NCBI GenBank assembly: GCA_046757165.1
Contig: JBHHXT010000085.1
Location: 1-19,311, forward strand
Reading direction: 5' to 3'
From: a bacterium
GTDB lineage: Bacteria > Zhuqueibacterota > Zhuqueibacteria > Oceanimicrobiales > Oceanimicrobiaceae
Length of the DNA stretch: 19,311 nucleotides
Positions 9,232 through 16,497 of the stretch are shown here, one piece after another. Both the position numbers and the translations under genes were made by a program. The stretch's first letter is position 1; each line of letters starts with the position of its first letter. Below the pieces are notes generated by a model that was not told where the DNA came from, searched no databases, and saw nothing but the letters and a program-made list of their open reading frames with translations.

Positions 9232-9641
9232 CAAAAAAGGTCTATGATTTAAGCTAAGTTCTTGTTTTCTTTGCAATATATTGTCGCAAGCAAGATGCTT
9301 GCGTTACATTTTCACGCACGCTCGTTCGCCATCTCCGCACTGCCATGCGGGGGGCACCAAGATATGAATGGCAAGGCCACGCGACGTGACCCTTTTCTCG
9401 GGTTCAGCTCGAAATTGTGCTCATCGCCCTGGCTGCGCACTGATCACCCTGGCCACAAACCTCCTGGAGGGGAGAGTGTAAGAAGCCAGATAGTTTTGTC
9501 TGGAAAACCGACAGTCGATTAATAGCTTTCCTGAACCAGGCAGCGTCTTCTTGCTCGGATCAGGTTTTTTGGCTTTAGGGATTCTTGGTTGGTATCGTCG
9601 CCGCAAGTGGTAACAAACCTGAGTTTAAGAGCTGAACGATA

Positions 9642-9669
9642 AGGCCGGTGAGTTTCGCCTGCTTTTTTT
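9642..9669 (+). terminator. Rho-independent terminator-like hairpin plus U7
   Basis: AGGC-c-GGTGA-gtt-TCGCC-t-GCT followed by TTTTTT. A second hairpin plus U6 lies at 9530-9570. Confidence 0.4.
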
Positions 9670-9750
9670 GTTTTGGTCTATGGCCGCGGCTGTTTGGAGT
9701 TTTTGCCGCCGCAGGAGAGTGGAATACAGGCTAACAAGACGGCATTGCAG

Positions 9751-10005
9751 CTAAGCGAAGGTTTTCTCCGCCTGAAGAATGTTGTCATAAGCATACTGTG
9801 CGCAAATATCATAGTCGCAATCATCGAATCCGATCCCATACCCATCGTCGATAATCCTGGCGGTCGCAAAAGCAAGAGGATCTTGGAGAGGTTCTGCAAC
9901 ATTCTTGAATTCTTCGTTGATGTGAAGGATTCCCTGCGTACCGTCGTCAAACTTCAGCGCGAGTTTGCGATATTCCACGACCTTGAGTTGTTCAATTCTT
10001 CGCAT
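9751..10005 (-). CDS. DUF2442 family protein, putative antitoxin partner, 84 aa
   Basis: KVVEYRKLALKFDDGTQG...PLQDPLAF...GIGFDDCDYDICAQYAY matches the DUF2442 pattern. GGAG SD; starts 3 nt after the DUF4160 stop. Confidence 0.85.
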   Translation of the reverse strand: MRRIEQLKVVEYRKLALKFDDGTQGILHINEEFKNVAEPLQDPLAFATARIIDDGYGIGFDDCDYDICAQYAYDNILQAEKTFA

Positions 10006-10008
10006 CTG

Positions 10009-10266
10009 TTACTCCAAAGGTTTGATAGGCTTCAAAGGCGCCTGTTTTCGAGCGAGCTCCCAATCCTCCATCAACTCCCTGTTGTGCATCGTTATCCATT
10101 CAACAACCAACCCCAGCACTCGAGGCGGCAGCTTCCCAACAAGCGTCCGACCGCTAAAATCCAGTTCTGCAGTAAACTCACCATACCGCGCATGTAGATG
10201 CGGTGGATTGTGGTCGGAAAAATACATGTAGATCGAAATTCCGAAAAATTCAGATATCTTGGGCAT
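10009..10266 (-). CDS. DUF4160 family protein, putative toxin, 85 aa
   Basis: MPKISEFFGISIYMYFSDHNPPHLHARYG...GKLPPRVLGLVVEW...ELMEDW...KPIKPLE is the canonical DUF4160 signature. Confidence 0.92.
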   Translation of the reverse strand: MPKISEFFGISIYMYFSDHNPPHLHARYGEFTAELDFSGRTLVGKLPPRVLGLVVEWITMHNRELMEDWELARKQAPLKPIKPLE

Positions 10267-10279
10267 TCAACACCGACAA

Positions 10280-10322
10280 TGAAGATTCTCTTAAGAATAT
10301 TCATTCGTATGGTTTTAGTCAA
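10280..10322 (-). promoter_or_regulatory. Sigma70 promoter of the DUF4160/DUF2442 operon with overlapping inverted repeat
   Basis: Minus strand TTGACT (10322-10317)-17 bp-TATTCT (10299-10294). Inverted repeat TGAAgATTCT-ctta-AGAATaTTCA (10280-10303) covers the -10 and predicted +1. Confidence 0.7.
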
Positions 10323-10550
10323 GAAATAAAACGGCGAATATTTCGCAGGCGGACAAGACCCTGACTCCCAAAGTGGTAGGGGTAAACGGACCCGAGCAGT
10401 TAATTGCCGCCGACAATCATGTGGCATCTGAGAGAATACCAGCCACAGTGGCATCTCTATTGGTAGAGAGGCGGAACGTTGCAGTTTTGCTGGGTGCCTC
10501 ATCTTTTTGTTACCATGAAATCTTTGACCAAATAGAGAGGGGCTGGAACA

Positions 10551-12494
10551 ATGCCAAAACATTTTGTCGTGACATGTGCTGCGCTCATCTTGCTGACGGT
10601 GCAGACCGGACTCGCTTCCGACTCGAAAAAGTGGGGCAAGGTTGAAAAGCCGTACCGGGACATGACCACTTACGCCAAAGACACGTCGGCGGCTGCGGTC
10701 AAGCTGTTTGATGTTGGCGAAATTGAATTGACCCTGGTCAGAGAACCTGACCTTTACCTCACGCGACACTACCAGATCAAGATCCTGGACGAGCGGGCAA
10801 AAACCTTCGCTGACCAGGCCATCGTCTACTGGCACAAAGACAAGATTCTGAAAAAAAAGGCGCAGACCATCTTGCCAAATGGCAAGAAAATCAAAGTAAA
10901 AGAATTCCGGCGGGAGGAATACAAGGACAATTTCAAGGTTCTGAAGTTTTCTTTCCCTTCTGTGGAAGTGGGGGCTATCCTGGAGCTGGAATATCAACTG
11001 TGGAGCGACCATTTTGTGAGGCTCGAGCCATGGGATTTTCAGGATGAGATTCCGACGCTCGAATCCGCGGTTACGCTCAAAATGCCGGTCGGATTTATGT
11101 TCAACTCCAGGATTGTGAACGATGAACGTCATCAGCGCGTCAAGAGAACTGAGGAGCAATATATGGATGTGTACACCGGCCGCAGCCACAAAATGTTCAA
11201 GTGGCGAGCTGTTGACCTGCCCGCCGTGCGGGAGGAACCCTTTATCTCCACCCTCGAGAACTACATGGCTCGATTGAACTTTCAGTTTGTCGAATACCAA
11301 AGCCGCTATCAGCGAGTGACGCTCATGAGGAGTCTTGATGAGCTTTGCGACGAAATGTTACAGGGTGAATACGGCACGTTCTTGAAGCCAACAAAAAAGG
11401 TCAAGGCCCTGGTGGCAGAATTGCTGCAAGACAAATCCCGTGATCTGGATCGAATAAGAACGTTGTACACCTATGTGCGCGACCAGTTTGACGCTGAGAC
11501 GTACGGCGGATATTATGTTGGCAGAAAACAGAACGAGATCCTGAAGGACCAGCTCGCCTCGGCTTCTGAGCGCAATCTTTTGTTGCTTTCGATGTTGCTC
11601 GCTGCCGGATACGACGCGAAACCTACCCTCATCAGCACCCGCAGCCACGGCAGGGTTGATGTACGCCTGCCGTTTCTGGAGCAATATGACCATACCCTGG
11701 TTGTCGTGCAATTGGGCAGAAACCTCCATGTGATGGATGCCAGCGACCGGTTCACTCCCTTCGGACGACTTCCCGAAGAGTCTTTGTTTGAGGTTGGATT
11801 GGTCATGGCTCCCCAGAATCCCCAGTTTATCCATCATCCGAATCAGGATATCAAGAGTGAGGAGAGAGTCGAGTCTCAAATCAAGTTGACCGCGAGCGGT
11901 GAATTGAGGGGATCGACCAGGATTTGCTCGATTGGTTACGCCAGCCGCAAGAGGAACGCTCAAATGGTGGAAGAGGGCGACATCGATGCGTTTCTCAGCA
12001 ACAACATCGCTTCCGATCTGGAGGATTTTGACATCACCGGATCTGACACCGCCATCGCGCCGGTGGCCAGTGATACCTTTGCCACTGCGTTCGATTTCGA
12101 GTTGGCGAATTTCGTCGAGGTCGAGGAGGACGAAATATACTTTCGCCCCGCGCTTTATCAGTGCATGAGCAAGAATGTCTTTCTTTCTGACCAACGCGAG
12201 TTCCCGATCGAATACGGATACCGCTCGAAGCAGGTTGAAGTGAATACGTTTTACCTCCCCGAGGGCTTTCAGGCGGTTGAGGGGCTGGAATACCGAACGG
12301 TCGACAACAAATATTTCACCTATCAGAAAATGGTCGTCTCCGCGGGTGAAAAACTAATATTTACACGAATATTTGAGCTGAAACAGCACACGGTGCCACC
12401 GACCACTTACCAGGAGTTGAAGCACGATTATGCCAGGGTGGTGGACTATGACCAGGAGCAAGTTGTCCTGAGACAGCTCTGGTCGCAGAAGTGA
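10551..12494 (+). CDS. Exported DUF3857 + transglutaminase-like domain protein, catalytic Cys absent, 647 aa
   Basis: Signal peptide; FSFPSVEVGAILE, WDFQDEIP and LPAVREEPF (DUF3857 region); LYTYVRD; ASASERNLLLLSMLLAAG; STRSHG; YDHTLV; MDAS; REFPIEYGY. Confidence 0.88.
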   Translation: MPKHFVVTCAALILLTVQTGLASDSKKWGKVEKPYRDMTTYAKDTSAAAVKLFDVGEIELTLVREPDLYLTRHYQIKILDERAKTFADQAIVYWHKDKILKKKAQTILPNGKKIKVKEFRREEYKDNFKVLKFSFPSVEVGAILELEYQLWSDHFVRLEPWDFQDEIPTLESAVTLKMPVGFMFNSRIVNDERHQRVKRTEEQYMDVYTGRSHKMFKWRAVDLPAVREEPFISTLENYMARLNFQFVEYQSRYQRVTLMRSLDELCDEMLQGEYGTFLKPTKKVKALVAELLQDKSRDLDRIRTLYTYVRDQFDAETYGGYYVGRKQNEILKDQLASASERNLLLLSMLLAAGYDAKPTLISTRSHGRVDVRLPFLEQYDHTLVVVQLGRNLHVMDASDRFTPFGRLPEESLFEVGLVMAPQNPQFIHHPNQDIKSEERVESQIKLTASGELRGSTRICSIGYASRKRNAQMVEEGDIDAFLSNNIASDLEDFDITGSDTAIAPVASDTFATAFDFELANFVEVEEDEIYFRPALYQCMSKNVFLSDQREFPIEYGYRSKQVEVNTFYLPEGFQAVEGLEYRTVDNKYFTYQKMVVSAGEKLIFTRIFELKQHTVPPTTYQELKHDYARVVDYDQEQVVLRQLWSQK

Positions 12495-12528
12495 ACTGGC
12501 CTCGAGAATTGAATAATCGGAGAACGTT

Positions 12529-14418
12529 ATGAGTCGAGATTTGGTGCGATGTGGAATTGTCTGCTTTGTTCTCTGGCAGCCGGCAGCAGCCTATGCCCAA
12601 ATTGGCGATTGGACAAAGACACGAATCTTGAACAGCCGCATGACGATCACGGTTGAAGCGGGCGACAAGTTGGTTGTACGCCGCGAGGATGAAATTCTGG
12701 TGGCGGACGAAGCGGGTAAGGACTACGGCTTCGATGGCGTCTACCAAACCGAGGTTGTCAAGATGAAGAAGTTGCATGCCGTCATCTATAGCCAATCCGG
12801 GCAGGTGCTCAAGCAGTTGCGGGGCAAGGACATCAAAGAGAGCTCGGTGACTCGCTCAGTCTGGTACCAGAAGCATAAGACCAAATTCTATCGCCTGAGC
12901 TGTCCGACCCTGCCGTACCGGCTCGTGCGCCTGAAAGAGTACGAGTGCAAAAGCACGTTCTTTTGGCCGGACTGGCATCCGCAAGGAGAGATCCCGGTCG
13001 AGCGTGCGGAGCTCGAGCTGATCCTGAAATCCCCTGTCGAATTTGATTACCGCGCCCCGGCTGGTACTCCCGGGCCTGAGGTTTTCACCGATGCGCAGGG
13101 TTACCAAAGATACCGCTGGGTGCTGGAAGAGATACCGGCTCGTGCAGAAGAGTACCGGCAAGCTCCGGAGGCGGCTTTCAAATATGGCGTGAACTTCAGG
13201 CCCCTGCAGTTTGAGTTCACTGGCACCGCAGGCAAGAGTGATAGCTGGCAGGCCTTCGGCGCCTGGTTTCATCGTCTCATCGAAAAGCAGATTGCCTTTT
13301 CCCCTGGCGTGGCCGAGTTCGATTCCTATGCTGCCATCCCCGGGGTGGACGAACGTGTCCGGCAGCTCTACCGCTACCTGCAGAAGAAAACGAAATACAA
13401 GATCGACTGGAAGAGCTCAAAAGAACCCTGGCAGCCGCATCGTGTCGATGACATTCATCGTGCCAAGTATGGGGATTGCAAAGACCTGTCGGCCTATCTC
13501 GTCGCGATGCTGGCACGCGCCGGCATCGAGGCCTATCCGGCGCTCGCCCTGCCCCGCAACCACGGCTGGGTCGACGCCGATTTCCCGACTAATCGATTTA
13601 ATCATTGCATTGCCGTGGTGCCGACTGAGACGGATACGTTCTGGCTGGAATGTACGAGTGACGCGGCACGCTTCAATGACCCACCCGCATGGATTGAGGG
13701 GGTGAACGTTCTGCTGGTCAAACCCGATGGCGGACACCTGGTACGGACGCCGTTGAGCAAACCGGAGCAGAACAAATCTTCGCTAATGGCACACGCCAGG
13801 CTGTCGAAGGACCGCTCCCTTGCTGTCGAGGGAACCCTGACCTTGACGGGCAATCGAGCCATCGATGCCCGTGGAAGACTGAGCCATAAGAACAAAGCAG
13901 AGCAAATTGAATGGCTCCTGGACCACTTTTCGGGAAAGGCCGGAGATGCCATTTGCAACAGCATGAAGATTGAGGGCCTCACGAATCCCGACACGACATT
14001 TACCCTGACCTTCGATGTCACCCTGAAATATTTCGCTCGCAAAGCAGGCTCGAGGTTGAGATTCAGCCCCAGGCTTTTTCATGCCGTGTACTTTGCCGGC
14101 GAAGCGCCCGAAGATCGGTCGATGCCGTTGTTGAATATGACAAGATTTGTGGATGAAGATTCAGTTGTGTACGAGCTTCCCGATGGCTTTGAGCTGAAAG
14201 GGGACCCCGGGAACATTTCCGAGAACTCAGCCTTCGGCAGCTTTTCCCTGCGCCTCGTTCCAGACTTGAACAATAAGTTGATTTGGACGAGCACGTTTCT
14301 TTCCCGGGCACGAGAGATTTCCCTCGAAGCGTATCCGGACTACTATGAGTTCATGACCGCCGCCAGGAAGAGAAGTCAGAAGAAAGTGGTTTTGCAGGAG
14401 TACCGTGGCACGTTCTGA
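12529..14418 (+). CDS. Exported DUF3857 + transglutaminase-like domain protein with intact Cys-His, 629 aa
   Basis: GGAG SD; signal peptide ending AAAYA-Q; LYRYLQKKTKY; WQP; YGDCKD (Cys codon 13477-13479); FNHCIAVV; WLECTS; LVRTP. Confidence 0.9.
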   Translation: MSRDLVRCGIVCFVLWQPAAAYAQIGDWTKTRILNSRMTITVEAGDKLVVRREDEILVADEAGKDYGFDGVYQTEVVKMKKLHAVIYSQSGQVLKQLRGKDIKESSVTRSVWYQKHKTKFYRLSCPTLPYRLVRLKEYECKSTFFWPDWHPQGEIPVERAELELILKSPVEFDYRAPAGTPGPEVFTDAQGYQRYRWVLEEIPARAEEYRQAPEAAFKYGVNFRPLQFEFTGTAGKSDSWQAFGAWFHRLIEKQIAFSPGVAEFDSYAAIPGVDERVRQLYRYLQKKTKYKIDWKSSKEPWQPHRVDDIHRAKYGDCKDLSAYLVAMLARAGIEAYPALALPRNHGWVDADFPTNRFNHCIAVVPTETDTFWLECTSDAARFNDPPAWIEGVNVLLVKPDGGHLVRTPLSKPEQNKSSLMAHARLSKDRSLAVEGTLTLTGNRAIDARGRLSHKNKAEQIEWLLDHFSGKAGDAICNSMKIEGLTNPDTTFTLTFDVTLKYFARKAGSRLRFSPRLFHAVYFAGEAPEDRSMPLLNMTRFVDEDSVVYELPDGFELKGDPGNISENSAFGSFSLRLVPDLNNKLIWTSTFLSRAREISLEAYPDYYEFMTAARKRSQKKVVLQEYRGTF

Positions 14419-14865
14419 TGGCTGGTCTCCCGGTCAGCCAGTGTACCAGGCAACTCGTGCCTATTGTGCAAACAACAATCCATGCCAGGAATTGCGTTCG
14501 CCTCAGAGCTTGTTTCGCTGCCGGGGGTGGTGCTGCTGGGTAGAATCTACCGGTCACCAGGTCTTTATTACCCGCAGGTAATCAAATTTTTCCGCTCTCT
14601 TCTAAAGCGTGTAAAGATTACACTTTACGCCTCAGGCAGCAGGTTCGTATTTAAGTCTCAGAAAAATAGCAACATGTGCTTCAAGAACCGGGATCGTGCG
14701 AATTATCGCCAAATGGATGTGTATTATTTTCATATTCCAGATCACGGCCTGGATGAAAATTGGCCGACGCTGGACAAACGAGAATTGCGTGAAGGGTCTG
14801 TTAAGTAGAAGCTTAAGTTATGAAAATGAGTGCGTAAAAAGGAAAGGGGATGAACGGCTGAGCTA

Positions 14866-14881
14866 TGGCATTTTGTTTGCT
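14866..14881 (+). promoter_or_regulatory. Sigma54 (RpoN) -24/-12 promoter
   Basis: TGGCAT-tttgt-TTGCT with exact GG(14867-68)-N10-GC(14879-80) spacing, in a 680-bp intergenic region and oriented toward the ORF at 15098. Confidence 0.65.
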
Positions 14882-14920
14882 GCACGAGCTGTCAAGGAAA
14901 GGAGAGGTTGGGCCGTTGCA

Positions 14921-14962
14921 TGGTGACCATGCTCTCTCGACAACGAGGGAGCATGGTTGCCA
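14921..14962 (+). other. Long RNA hairpin (19-bp stem including G-U pairs, ACAA loop)
   Basis: TGGTGACCATGCTCTCTCG (14921-14939) pairs with CGAGGGAGCATGGTTGCCA (14944-14962). Imperfect extension to about 14911-14972. Confidence 0.6.
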
Positions 14963-15097
14963 ATGGCGGGCCGTATTGCGTCGGTGGTTGTGAGTTTTCC
15001 CTCATGTGATGTTCTGCGTTGAGCTCTGCTTGCTGTGTGTTTTCTTTCCTGCCGAATATCGCCGCAACAAATATCTTCACAACTACGAGGGTTTGAG

Positions 15098-16354
15098 ATG
15101 GAGAATGGAGATTCAAAGGGCTTCAAGCCAGGCCCCGGGAGAATGGGGATCGTCGGGTTTCATGAGCTCAAGAACATCGATGAGGTCATGAGCCTCTATG
15201 CCGAGCTGGGGGATAGCGCCAGGGTGCCACGCCGGTTGATCATCGACGTCCTGAGTCAGGAATTATCTTCAAAGGAGCTCAAAACCTTCCTCAAAGGAAT
15301 CTCGATGAAACCACCAGAGACGATAAGCATCAAGGGAATTCACTCTCTTTTGCGAGCGATACCGCCCCGGCTGTACTTTTTTCTGTGGAGTCTGAGAAAC
15401 AGCGACAACATTCCGGTCAACGGTGTGCTCACCTCGCTCGAGCTTCGAAAGGCGCTGCTTGCCCTGAATAGATTTCTCAATGTTCTCGAAGGCTTCTTGA
15501 GAAAGTCTCCCAACAGCATCCCGCTATTCGAGAATCTTGGATTTACCTATTTTGATCTGGCAGGCGTCGCCTGCTACTCGCGCAAGGGCATTTATCTGAA
15601 CGGGCGGCAGTTCGAGTATACGACGCTGCTCAGGAAAGCGATCGCCTGTTTTCAGTGTGCCATCAAGTTGGCCGCGCAACTGGCCAGGGAATTGGACGCC
15701 ACGCACTTGAACATTTTGAAATTGGTTGACGAGAAGTGTGATATCGATCAGGGTAGAACCAACCTCTATCTCGACCCGTGGCATTTCCTTTATATTTCGT
15801 CGGCTCTAAACTTGCTCAATGACGAGAAGATGGCGGAACAGTACTTGAACAAGACGCGCTCCATTCTCAACGCCATCGATATGCATCAGAATCCGCGCAT
15901 CGTTGCGCAAAAGGAGCTGTTGGAATCCATCCACACAACTCTGCACTTTGGAAAAACTGTGAAATTCGACTTCGGGCAGGCCAATCTCTTGAAGCTGCAG
16001 AAGAAGCTGAAGCAGGTTCACAAGAACAGAAAGCGACCACACAAGCGGGTAGGCTACAGTCCGATGGTCGAGGACGCACTTCTGCAAGAGTTTCAGGTCC
16101 AGCGGGAGTTGCGGAGGAGCGGTGTGTTGCAGTCTGAACAAAAGATCTACTTGAATGGTGTCTATACCCTTTACAAACAAGAGATTTCTCCTCTTGAACG
16201 TGACAAACTAATTTACCGCCTGAATATTCCTCCCATCAAAATCAGAGGCTTGCACAGCTCATCGAAACCGATTCAGCAGCCCGGTGTGCTGCCGCAAGAA
16301 TCTCATCGCAAGCCGCTCAAGCTGGCTGGCAAGAAATACAAAGCGGCGTCTTAG
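15098..16354 (+). CDS. Hypothetical alpha-helical protein with TPR-like segments, about 418 aa
   Basis: Long ORF with protein-like composition; ATG 15098 preceded by GAGGG. TPR-like helices (LFENLGFTYFDLA...AIACFQCAIKL; FLYISSALNLLNDEKMAEQYLNK). No family recognised. Confidence 0.75.
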   Translation: MENGDSKGFKPGPGRMGIVGFHELKNIDEVMSLYAELGDSARVPRRLIIDVLSQELSSKELKTFLKGISMKPPETISIKGIHSLLRAIPPRLYFFLWSLRNSDNIPVNGVLTSLELRKALLALNRFLNVLEGFLRKSPNSIPLFENLGFTYFDLAGVACYSRKGIYLNGRQFEYTTLLRKAIACFQCAIKLAAQLARELDATHLNILKLVDEKCDIDQGRTNLYLDPWHFLYISSALNLLNDEKMAEQYLNKTRSILNAIDMHQNPRIVAQKELLESIHTTLHFGKTVKFDFGQANLLKLQKKLKQVHKNRKRPHKRVGYSPMVEDALLQEFQVQRELRRSGVLQSEQKIYLNGVYTLYKQEISPLERDKLIYRLNIPPIKIRGLHSSSKPIQQPGVLPQESHRKPLKLAGKKYKAAS

Positions 16355-16497
16355 CAAAACTGAGCCTCAAATCGCTTGCTTTTTATCCTGCCAGGGATTA
16401 CTTTGGTACTTCGGTTGTATATCAGAGTATCATATCTCTAGTTGTTCCTGTGAAGTTGTTTTCTGCCACCTTTTGGCGTATGTAACCCCGATGGTGC

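Noticed and set aside
9262..9522. 86-aa ORF in the intergenic gap
   Set aside because: No SD, no protein-like pattern, no motif.
10421..10445. TPP riboswitch suggested by CTGAGAGAATACC
   Set aside because: The downstream ACCTGA...TAAT...GCG.AGG half is absent, and the downstream gene is unrelated to thiamine.
10092..11300. 402-aa minus-strand ORF
   Set aside because: Overlaps two well-supported genes (DUF4160 in another frame, DUF3857 antisense) and has no recognisable domain.
14464..14808. 114-aa ORF (and 14696-14926) in the 680-bp intergenic region
   Set aside because: Non-ATG starts without a clear SD and no recognisable features; the region is better explained as regulatory.
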